64,000 nucleotides of DNA from Balanoglossus misakiensis (Eukaryota; Animalia; Hemichordata): contig CM082586.2 in the NCBI GenBank assembly GCA_040954595.2, positions 6,620,509-6,684,508 on the forward strand, written 5' to 3'. Under the pieces are notes generated by a model. It searched no databases, was not told the DNA's origin, and saw only the letters and a program-made list of their open reading frames with translations. Each line of letters opens with the position of its first letter. The stretch's first letter is position 1. Positions 13,401 through 24,407 of the stretch are shown here, piece by piece. The translations under genes and the position numbers were made by a program.

Positions 13401-16400
13401 TTTCCTCAAGGTTTGGACTGAACCATGGTGGTATAAGGGTTAAAGTATTCTTTCTTTCTTCTGCTGCAAAATTTTAAGCCACAAATCTAATTCAGTAATC
13501 TGCACATGAAATATGCTATTCACAAATCGAATTGAGGTTCTGCACATGATATCAGCTATCTCAAAAATTCTAGACAACACAGTAATACTGTAAAACACTT
13601 TATTTTCGCGAGCATTTAATTTTCGCCAAATACGCGAGAGCCAAAATAGCGTGAAAATAAAAAGTCGCGTAAATTGCTTTTGAAGATAACGATGCAGTGA
13701 ATGAAATAAGAGAACGCAAAAATTAATACTCGCGAAACAGTGGCCTCTCTCGATATCACGAAAAATCTGACTCGCGAAAATAAAGTGTTTTACAGTATAA
13801 CAGGCACTATTCACAAATCTAATTAAGCTTCTGCACATGATATCAGCTATCTCAAAAATTCTGGTCGACACAGTTATGTGTGTGTGAGAATTTCCAAGCA
13901 ACTTACACCGAGTTATCCTGGCCGACACAACAAGCATTCCAATGAGCCGGCCAGAGACACTGCATCAAGAGACCGACTTGGACGCTGTTCACGGGACTGG
14001 ACGTGTTCCTCAGATCCCAGAACTTCAAGTGGCGGTCAGCGCCGGCCGTACTGAGGAACGTCTCGGCCATCGTGCACCAGGAGATGCCGGAGACATAGCT
14101 GAGGTGCGCCCGGAAGATGTGGTATGGGTAAAAGGTGTCCATCGGCGTGAGAGGGGGAGAGGTTTTTAAGAGAGGGGACGAGGTCGTGAGATCCCAGAGT
14201 GCGACATTACCTGTGTAGAAAAATACACATCATGTTGATTAGATGGGATCAGTTTATCATTTCAGTGAACAAGAAAAAGTGAAATAAAATATCAGGAAAA
14301 AAGATGTTTTAAATTAATAGTTCTCTTTCAATTACACATACTAGACAAAAAATTATTACAAGACATTTGCATGAACTCACCCCCATGGAACCCAGCTGCA
14401 ATTTTACGATGATGTATGTCTGATGACCATTCCACACACAGACACTGCTTATCGACAGGAAAGCCTGACTTTGGGTTGGGTTCCAACACTGCACATGGCT
14501 TGACTGTGTACACTGATATATACAACAACAAAATCAAATTGGAGAGACTAATAAAGTACCACTCAAGACCCCAAAAGCAAGCTGCCACTTTTAGCATATA
14601 TATTTTTAACAATGAAATACTTTTATCTATCATCTTTATCAATATAGTCAAGGGATGACATAATGTTGAATTTATGGAGAAAAAGGACCATGAGCAACCA
14701 CTTTTAGCATATTTTTAACAATAAAATATTTCAATCTTCTCTTTAGTCAAGGGGTGACATAATTTCGGATTTATGGACACGAGATACTATTGTACATGTG
14801 GGCATACAGAGTCCCTGGAGGGACAATGATGCATACCATGATAGTTACTCTTTTCCTAGTGGAAATCTAACCTAGTGTATCCGTGTCTTCATTCCGGATG
14901 TTGTGTGGATGTGGAATAGACAGTATCCTGAGCCTGCCATCGGAGCACGCCAAAGCCAACAGACCCAGCCGGGACACTGCCTCATTCCCAGGCTGTTCAG
15001 GGTCTTCCCATCCTCCACTGGGGCACCACTTCATGTCCCATATGCTGCCGTAGTCGTGAGCAATGCCAAGGCTGAGGTTAGGTGGTTTATCCGGCCTGTT
15101 AGAATTATAAAGTATATATTAATTATCAGTCTCTCCAGATGCAAGAGTTGTTGTAAAATATTTGTAGTAAATATACTGAGTTGATAGTTACTAGATAATC
15201 AATGAAAGAAACTACCATTTTCATGTTATTTAGAAAATGCCTACCTAAAGGGTCAGTAACAATATGCTGATCCCATATTACTTATAAACTTACATTGCAT
15301 TCTTCAGTACTCCAAAGTTCCACAGCTGAATCAACCCGTTCCCGTGGTAACTCTTCTCACAGTGGTGTATATCCTGGTAGTTCCTATGGCAACTAATCGC
15401 AGCAAACTGATTGGCTGTGCTGCTGACACCCAGTGGTAATGGACACCAAGTCATGGACCAGATAGGACCCCCAGCATAGAACACGATTGATTTGTTTTCT
15501 AGAAAAAAAGAATTTGTAAGATTTTTAAACAAGATTGATTTGGTTTCTAGATTTTTATACACTGGAACCCATAGCAACTCAATGTAGTCTGACGGCCACA
15601 ATTTTCCAGTTTTTTCAAATGACAAAATCACTTGTACATTATGACATATTGGGCAGGGGTCCAAGTATGGTCAACACCCTTAGTATATATTAAATCCAAT
15701 CTATGATTCATCACATAACACACACTCAGACAACTGGCTAGGGAGAACAGCTGTACTCATCTTTACAGACTGCTGTATTTTCATTTTACATTCATCAACA
15801 CACTCTGTCTGAGATGCCGATAATGATGCTTAAACAGTGTATTATGTATTTTAAGCTCATAAATATTTTTACTTACTATTGTCTAGGTGAGAACCATATC
15901 TGGGTAGTCTAATCTGGCTGCTTGCTTCAATGTTCTCCACTTCAACTTGGAATGTCATGGACTCTTTACTTACTGGCTCAAACACCTCACTATCACTGTG
16001 TGAAGAAAAAAAAACACCCACAAACCCAGGGGTCGCTATCAAGTTTAAATGTAAAGGTTGTCGTTTCATTTCTCATACAGATAGAAACTTAAGAGTTCAC
16101 ACCAAAATCCAGATCAATATTTCCATATTCAAATATTGCTGTCCTAGGAAATTATCACAAAAAAATATAAATTACCTTTTAGAAACTTCAGTCCAGTCAG
16201 AACTTTTAGGTTTCCAGTCCGAGTGTACTGTTACCCCAAAATATCTTGAATTCCTGTCAGTTAAAAAAATATTATTTTGTTGACAAATACTTTTTAGCGC
16301 AAGACTGTGACTGGTGCCTTCACAGACCCCAATAGCAAGCGCTTACACAAAACACTGAAGCATTTTTGCAAAGTCTGTGAGACACTGATTCTGGCAGGTT

Positions 16401-19400
16401 CTCATAATGGATAGAGAAAGAATTCTACCTTTCCAATAGCATGTTTCCAAATTGAGAAAAAAAAACATTATTGGAGATAACTTACCTCTGCACACTCCAG
16501 TTCACCACGTCAGGCAACGGTATCAGCTTAGAATCAAATTTCTCCCGGGGGCCATACGCCCTCCTGGAAGGTCTTCCCTCTTCATCGTTATCATCTGGGG
16601 TGGGATCAAATGAATGATGTCAAAGGAATATTACAGAACTGTTTTTGTTTGTGCGAGTTGCACTTTTAATTGCAGATAGCCTTCTGAGGCAACTGTACAT
16701 ACTGCATTTCCTTTATACAGTATATACTTGATTTCATGGCCTTTGTCAGTTTCTAGAAGCAATGCCGTCTTAATTACCTTCATTAGGTGTGGCTAAGGAA
16801 TCATCCGAAGCTTCGCTGTCGTAACTGTCGTCGGAGTCACTCTCTGGGAAGGCAAATAATTCCTGAGAAGTAGAGGAGCAGAAATCAGAGTCACACAGAA
16901 TTCTTCAAGTGTTTTATTGAAGTTAAGAGGAACCATACTGCACTATATTTGACACTGAGGTTGACTTTTAGAATCTTCCGACAATGGAAGGGCTCTTTAA
17001 CCCTATTCACCACCACGATTTGGTCCAAATCCATAGTTTTCTAGGGCGAAGCTTGACTTCTACATAGGAAAATGGCAGTGAAAGGATTAAAACTGAACAT
17101 TTATTTTATTCGCCACTTTCACCCAGTCACACTTTGACGCCCTGTGCTGAATGGGCAAAAGGTTATGGAAGCAGAACACTAACGTCCTTATGCTGGGCTT
17201 GGATGTGATACTTCACTGCTGGCTCGGTGGAATACTCTTTGCTGCATATCAGGCATTTGTAGTTATCCAGGGTGAGACCGCTCTATTGAAGGAATGCAGA
17301 ATATGTTGAGTTAGATCAGGAAGTTAGAGCCCCATGAGCTGCCAAATTTCACATATTTTTTTATCACAATAAAATTCTTCAGATCTCCTTTAGAATCATC
17401 ACCATTAAGCCATATCACTTGTCAGTTTGTCATAGTGGCGATGCAATACCACGATAGTTGTGTATTCTTTTTATGGAAACCGATTAAACTGATAAACTCT
17501 ATATTGCATTTACTGTGAAGTTGCATTGGTAGAGTGTAGGTTATGGTTACACACTGACTGATCATTCCACATGTACAACAAATTTTTCCTCAAAAAAAAC
17601 TTTCCCTTTAAGACAGGTGACATGATTTGCTTTACCACGCCTACCATTCTAGACTCTCTCTTACCTTTGGACAAGAGGCATAGTGGAATTTGATAGAAAC
17701 GATATTGGTGTAATTCACAGAGCAGCCTTTATAAGGGCACACCAATTTGCCGTCCTTCTTCAGTTTATCTCTCCATTCAGCCATTAATTCTTTGGGTGCT
17801 GTCGGCCTTTCCGGTTTTGTGTAAAGCGGCTGCAAGGAAGACAAAATACATGTACTGAAATACTTCATATTCCACAAAATACATGTACTGAAATACTTCA
17901 TATTCCATAAAATACATGTACTGAATTACTTCATATTCCACAAGATACATGTACTGAAATACTTCATATTCCACAAAATACATGAACTGAATTACTTCAT
18001 ATTCCACAAAATACATGAACTGAAATACTTCATATTCCACAAAATACATGTACTGAAATACTTCATATTCCACAAAATACATGAACTGAAATACTTCATA
18101 TTCCACAAAATACATATACTGAAATACTTCATATTCCACAAAATACATGTACTGAAATACTTCATATTCCACAAAATACATGTATAGTACTGAAATACTT
18201 TATATTCCACATAGGATATACATGTAGCACTCACAGATGGCCAGTCTAAAAAAACTTATAGTCACTGTAGTGAAAGTGAGTACTTGCCACACTATTTTCG
18301 AATAGATTTCTTCAGATTATTTGACGATTTTATTTGTTTGCTTGAGGAACATTTGCATTGAAGTTCAGGTTTTCATTCCACGATGATGTAGACTAACAGA
18401 CTGAGTACTAGTATTCTGCTGGTATGTTGGCCAGATATCACATGATGAGTTTTCAGTGTTCGGTTGTTGTTCAGGTGAGGTACAACATCAAGTAAGTAGA
18501 TATAGAAGAGGAATTACCCTACTCCAGTCTGCTACCATGGCGTCGGGATCTCTATCCCTCTTCTTCTTGGATTTCTCATCATCTTCCATGACTCCGGTTT
18601 CAGCAAGCTTTTGAACCTTGGAGACGGCTCTAAAAGAATTTTGAAGCAAACAAACTTTGTCAGAAGGCAGTAAGTGTGACATCTTGGTGGGCATGGCAAC
18701 CATACAACAAACAAATAGCAGCTCAGAAATATACATGAAGTGCATTACTTACTTGATGGCTGCCTGTCTTCTAACTCTACCAGATGGTGATATGAACTGG
18801 GGATCAGCACCCTCAGCTTTTTCAGCTGCTTTCTTCTTTCTGTTTTCTATTTCCTCTGCGCTCGGTGGCTGTAATAGTTGAACAGAATGCAGAGATCTTA
18901 GTATGGGAAATTTGCGTGTTAATTACAATGAATGATAAAAGAGGCAAAAGTTACCCTATGGTCTTCATTACTACTTGTGTTCTTACAGAGCTCTACATAC
19001 TAATAACACTGATGCCGAGAATTTTGAATTGCACTTTCACCTTTGGAAATCTAGTTACTAAATTGAGATCTTGCCAATTACAGTGTCACACACCAAAAAG
19101 TGCACCACCACCATCATTGGTTATTACTAGAAAACTTTGACCCACCCTTTTAACTATATATGGGCATATGTAAATTAGACAACATCCTTACCTCTGGGTG
19201 TATACTTTGCATGTGGTATTTAAGACCAGCATTGCTGTTGTAGACTTTGGAACATTTCTCACAAGCGTACTACAAAACACACGTAGAGACAAGAAAAAGA
19301 TATAAAAATCAGTGAACAGAAAAATTCCGAAACTACGTTTTTCTCATTTATATCCAAAATTCACTGTCTTATACCAGTATTGCATTTACTTGGAACAGTG

Positions 19401-22109
19401 ACGCTAGTATGTTTAGTAAGAATGTGAATTAAAGTTTATCATAGTCTTTGTCTATTGTTTATATGCAGTGAACGACAGATCTACAGAAGTCATCTCCAGC
19501 ACTGATTGCAACCACAGCATCAGAAAATCAGAAAATCTGTGACTTTGTCTTACCTCTTCAACATTTGTTTTTCCACATCTCTTGGTGTGATACTGATAAC
19601 CTGTCAGTGTTGTGAAGGATTTCGAGCAACCCTGTGGAATGCAAATTCAATATTTTGCTGAAAACACAAACCTGAACTTTAGTGCAAATTTAACATATTA
19701 TACAATGTACAAGTGAAGTCATGTGCTCAGATAGCTTGTTTATGGGAAATAATTTCATTGATGAGAAAGTTTTTTTTACCTCTGTAGTACATCTTAATTT
19801 TCCGCATTTCTTAAGGATAGCTCGAAGGACAAGCTTCTCATTGACTTCATCCGACTCACTACTCTGGCTTTCGTCTTTCTGAAGGTTAAAAAATACACAG
19901 AGAGTACTATTTACATGCTTTGTTAAGAGGTTTCAAAGTGGGAAATGCAACGTTTTCCTTGTATTTTGCATTTTCCCCATGGAGGCAGCCATATTCCTTT
20001 ATTATTTATCTGATTAAAACTTGTATATGCACTCACACTTATAGTTTATAATTATTGTAAATACTTCATTGCATACACCTGTATGGGCTAATGTTGGTAT
20101 GATTTGAAATTACATTTCATGGTAATCATCCAAAAGTTACAGGACACAGGGCTTTGAAAAGGCACAGAGCAGTATATCCTGTACTTACCAGCTGTGTTGT
20201 TGTATGCTGCGCCATCAAGTGGTACTTGTAGCCAGCTGCCGACTGGAATTCTCTTGGACAGTGCTGACATCGGAAATCAAATGACTGTGATAAGATAAGG
20301 TCAAAAAGTACTGGTATTAGGGTGAAAATAAGCTAGACAGGCCAAATGTCATTGGTTACTGTCATCTGTTACAATTTATAGCAAATTTTGATGATTATGA
20401 GTTGTTATCAACACTCTGCAGTAATGATACATTGTCGTTCGTGACCATTTTGTGGCTTAATGTTCTATCTTTGTAGCGGGAATATGTAGAATCCATTCAA
20501 CTGTTCCTCATTTTTCATCTATTCAAGGTACATAATTATTGCAAGTATCATCTCACAACAAGCTCCACATCAATGAAACATCTCTCGCGCCAAATCTTCT
20601 CCTTACCGACTTCTCAACACACTCCAAGTAGTGTTTCTCTATGCTGGAGATTTTATTCCTTGAACTGAAACACTTCATACACTTGGCCTCTCCAGTCTCA
20701 GCAATCTGTTCCGCCCATAACTTCTTGGCTGTGTTGATATCTATCTTTTTATGTTCTTCTTTGGGAGTCTTGTTTTCTAAACCATCCTGTTGGTCTTTCT
20801 CTTTCTATTTATGATTGAAAAACAAGCAATGCACAAAACTGTATGAATTCCAACCACATTTCTATTCATTTCATTTCACAGATTCATGTATACATGTACT
20901 AAATTCACAATTGACTGTACATTTTGTGTGTGTGTGGAGGGGGGGGAGGTCAAAATATCACCAAAATTTTAAGATGGCACAGGTGAGAGACAATCAATTT
21001 TTAAGGAATTTTGATTTTTCCTGTAATATATTTTTTATGACCAATGATTTCAAATTTCAATACATTACAAAGGCATAGTAGCCCACTCACACTTTTTCAT
21101 TAATTAACAGATGCTCTGTATAATCATGCCAATAGAAAAATCCAAAATGCCTTATCTTAATTACCATTTTTTTCAAGCACTCATGATAGTGCTTTTCTAT
21201 GCTGGCCATCTTCATTCTTCTGTTCCTGCATATGTCACACTTGGCGTACCCATCTTGCTCGATCTGTTCAGTCCATCGCTTTCTCTTTTCTCTCATCGCG
21301 TCGTCAACATCATTCCCCTTGTCCTCCGCATCCACTGTGCTCTCCAACACATCATCTCCTGAAACTCTTTTCCTCTTATTTTTCAGTGGTCTACCCGCTA
21401 CCCGTCTGGTGGTAGGTGCCCCATCTGTGCCACTTTTCTGCTTTCTTGTGTAGCGTCTTCGCTTTGGGTTCTTCTCCAAGTCGGGCAGTGCGCTTTCACT
21501 TGCCGACGGGCTGTCACCCGATGATTCACAGGTTTTCCTTTCCTTTACTGAGAGTTTTAACACTTTACAGTTGCTTCCCGATTCTTCAGAATCTGCTGGG
21601 GTCTGTGTGACTCTTCTTTTCCTGCCCCGCCTGCGTCCCTTTCCCTGCGCCGGCGTTCCTTTCTCCTCATCACGTGTCTTCTGCTCAATCGCATCCACAC
21701 CCATCTTTTCCACCTCCCTCTCCTGACCTTGGCTGACCTCTGATACCTCCGATGACCTTTCTGCAACCTTGGCACCAGATCTTCCTGCCACATCTTCTTC
21801 GCTTTTACGCAAATTTTCATCGTTGGTGAGAGTGGCCTTAATTGCTGGAGTTTCCACTGACAAATTATTCTGGACAGCCACATCATCCTCACATTTCTCA
21901 GAACCAGTTTCAGTTTTTCTCTGCAATCTTGTCTGTCGAGTTCCTTTAGCACTTGGTGATGCCTCTGACTTGGCCTTTTTAGGTTCATCTTCACTAACTT
22001 TAGGCGTCTTCTGGGATGTTGGTGGATCACCACCATAACTTTCAAGTTTCTCTTTGATTCGTCCACTCCGCCTTCTGATTGGATAAGATTTCTTAGGCTT
22101 GTCAGCCAT
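10456..22109 (-). CDS. GTF3C2: TFIIIC110/GTF3C2 WD40 subunit with an in-frame N-terminal ZNF512-like zinc-finger array; 23 coding exons, ~1683 aa
   Basis: Exons (5'->3'): 22109-21165, 20804-20607, 20284-20189, 19878-19780, 19631-19554, 19269-19192, 18868-18753, 18629-18518, 17829-17665, 17282-17184, 16862-16778, 16594-16486, 16253-16176, 15995-15877, 15498-15294, 15095-14872, 14512-14381, 14210-13907, 13350-13254, 12954-12826, 12450-11269, 11055-10948, 10749-10456. All are GT-AG with compatible phases. GTF3C2 motifs: FYAGGPIWSMTWCP, GSIWDMKWCPSGGWE, RLGLLALACSDG, WNPNLGSHQWLLSGGNAGLVRLH. ZNF512-like motifs: CQHCPREFQSAAGYKYHLMAQH, GYQYHTKRCGK, PSGRVRRQAA, YKCLICSKEYSTEPAVKYHI. Confidence 0.88.
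12529..12685. mobile_element. Palindromic MITE (family D), TA-flanked
   Basis: Ends CACCCTTT...AAAGGGTG. Inner arms GCAGCCATCTTGAATTTGAACTCAA / TTGAGTTCAAATTCATGATGGCTGC. Confidence 0.7.
13588..13795 (+). mobile_element. Tc1/mariner-like MITE (family B) copy 2
   Basis: Same TIRs and body as 5965-6172, with TA flanks. It sits between two ~70-bp direct repeats (~13517-13584, ~13807-13876). Confidence 0.9.
17001..17086. mobile_element. piggyBac-like mini-MITE (family E), diverged copy
   Basis: TTAA-CCCTATTCACC...GTGAAAGGA-TTAA. The body resembles 39286-39370. Confidence 0.65.
17842..18211. repeat. 33-bp minisatellite, ~11 copies, intronic
   Basis: Unit CAAAATACATGTACTGAAATACTTCATATTCCA. It abuts the acceptor of the exon starting at 17829. 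Confidence 0.95.
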
Positions 22110-22744
22110 CTTGATGACTCATACCACAATGTCTTCCAATCAAATCATTCCTTAAAAAAAAAAACATGCGAAGTTGAGCAAGACAGAACAATTTATTTTA
22201 AAAATGGATATGTTGAATAAATGTACTTGATATGCTAGATGGTTTACAGTCTAATTATTTTTACATCCAATTTTCTTAGAACGTTGGGGAAATCTCTACC
22301 ACATACACTTGAAACAGGACAATTATTTGTTTTTGCTTTCTAAACTATAATTGGTACTTGTGTAAATTATTGCAATTGCCCAGACAAAATTATTGCCCAT
22401 TTTTCAACAAATGTAAATAATTTAAAACAGATAAACTTAAAGATTTACAAATATACTGTTCGAGTTGAAGTAGGGATGTTGATACGTTTCTCATCACATA
22501 TTCGAATTTGATGAAGAAGATATCACTGAAGTGACAATTTTATACTGATTTAGTGATTAGAAATTTTGAAACCTCGGATCATTCAACGCGTGATGTGTAT
22601 TTCTCCTGTCCGTGTTGTGAAAACCGCCGCTGAAATATGATTTTGGAGACAAAATTGAGAAATGTCTGTATCTAAATGAAAATAAAACGACAAAGAAACA
22701 CGAGGGTCAGGTTAAAAAAAGATAAATGGGCATATCACCTGACG

Positions 22745-22842
22745 AAAAGGCCCCTACCAGGTCTCGAACTCACGCAATCCGTGTGCAAGTACGTCCCAGT
22801 TCAGAGCGAAATGCGCTATCCTCTTTCCCAAGCGGTTGGGTC
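22745..22842 (-). promoter_or_regulatory. Pol III type-2-like cassette (degenerate A-box, B-box, T4 terminator) in the putative GTF3C2 5' leader
   Basis: On the minus strand, TGGGAAAGAGG-ATAGCGC starts at 22830, GAGTTCGAGACC spans 22771-22760, and GGGGCC-TTTT follows. A candidate donor CAG|GTGATA lies at 22739/22738. Confidence 0.5.
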
Positions 22843-22849
22843 AAAGGTT

Positions 22850-23100
22850 ACCAAACTCTCGAAAATTCTCGTCTGTCATTAATGTGCATATGCTCGCGCT
22901 GTCGCGGTAAACAGTCCCAATTATTGATCAGCTGCATACTATAGTGGCAAGATAAATCTGTGTATCATTTTGAGTTGAGACTCGGAGATGTTAAGTATAG
23001 TTTAAACAAAATTTGGAGTAGGTCACGTGATTATCTAACGAGAACAATTTCAAAATGGCGGGCATCATTGATGTTTCAAAGAGGTAAAAGTGAGCACTGT
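22850..23100. promoter_or_regulatory. Putative bidirectional promoter of GTF3C2 (-) and MED30 (+)
   Basis: The genes are head-to-head with ATGs about 1.1 kb apart. E-box GTCACGTGA at 23022-23030 and YY1-like CAAAATGGCG at 23051-23060. Confidence 0.6.
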
Positions 23101-23188
23101 TGTTGATCAACTCGACTGTGCGCTTCCAGATGTAGGAGACACCTTTTTGCAAATCAGAATCAAAAACCAAAGAGTAGACGTCGCTCAG

Positions 23189-24407
23189 ATGGCTTCCCAT
23201 GGTCATCAGGCGCCAGCTGGCGGCCCAGGTACAAGTGGGCCTGCACCGACGAGAGAAGTGAATACAGCTTCATTGTGCCGAATAGGACAGGAAACAGTGC
23301 AAGAGATCGTCAGCAAAACAGCAGATATATTTAATCTACTGAAAAACACCCCGGTAAGCAGGCATATTGGTAAAATTATAACTTTGGCGTCGTTGCCATG
23401 GAGACACCAAAGGTCTGCGGTAGCTCCATGGCAACTGCGACTCTATTTCAATGTATTGTTTTCCATCATTTCACTTTTTTTTCTCCACATCATCAGTACA
23501 TGTATGTGTAGTATTATGGTTTAAAGGAGAGGCCAGCTTGTGTCTGACATTACAATTTATCGGATTAAATCGACAATATTGTAGATTGATTTTAACTTAC
23601 CCACATGAACCAGCTGCCTGTGCAATCTTAATATGTGAAACAACAGAAACGCTTGCACAAGTATTGCAGCCTTTACCACACAGTCAAATGTTCTCTCTGA
23701 AATGCATTTCCTTGTCTATGTCTGGCTTATCCAGTTGCCAAACGGCATGCCACCAGCCACGCCCACACACCAAGAGAGACAAGCCAAGTTACACGAACAC
23801 ATGAAGAGTCTGGTGGTTCTTTTCAAGAAGTTAAGACTGGTGTATGAGAAATGTAATGAAAATTGCACTGGAATGGATACTGTAAACCCAGAGGTAAGAC
23901 AAACAGTTTTGATACGGCCAGGGAAAGAAAACATTGCTCCTCAGATTTCCTGGCCGGACTACAATTGTCTCATGTATGTATGTCTCATTGGTAGGATTTG
24001 ATACCGTGGGCTGAGGATGGTACTGAGTCTAAATTGGATTTAATAGTTCCCAACTCGGATAAGCTGTATTTCGTAAAAGAAGAGCACAAGGAAATGTATG
24101 AGGTAAGTTTTGATTACAGGAGATTGGCAACAATGTGCTAAAAACATGCCAATTTTGGTCAGTGCAGAAAAGGAGCTGTGTTTATATACTCTTTTGTTTG
24201 TTTCCAGTTTTTCACAAAAAATGAATGTTCAAAAGATTCGAGGATTGTAAAAATATTGTAACAGCCATGTTTGTCATGATTTGCCAACAGAAAATCCAGG
24301 CTAAAAACCACCAACTGAAAGAGATTATGGATCAACTCAGAAGCCTGATGTGGGATTTGAATACTATGCTTGTGATGAGTAGGACAGTGCATGGACCGCA
24401 ACACTGA
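23189..24407 (+). CDS. MED30: Mediator subunit 30, 4 exons, ~182 aa
   Basis: Exons 23189-23353, 23735-23893, 23995-24102, 24291-24407. Motifs REVNTASLCRIGQETVQ, LFKKLRLVYEKCNENC, KNHQLKEIMDQLRSLMWDLNTML. Confidence 0.96.

Noticed and set aside
17777-18234. Repetitive ORFs and a CRISPR-like 33-bp periodicity
   Set aside because: Head-to-tail minisatellite without unique spacers, inside a eukaryotic intron.
21425-21470. NuRD-interaction motif (RKQK) as in ZNF512B
   Set aside because: It lacks the downstream Pro and lies in a generic basic low-complexity tract, so the match is too weak.
22745-22842. tRNA gene
   Set aside because: No cloverleaf: the T-stem and anticodon arm do not pair. Kept only as an A/B-box cassette.
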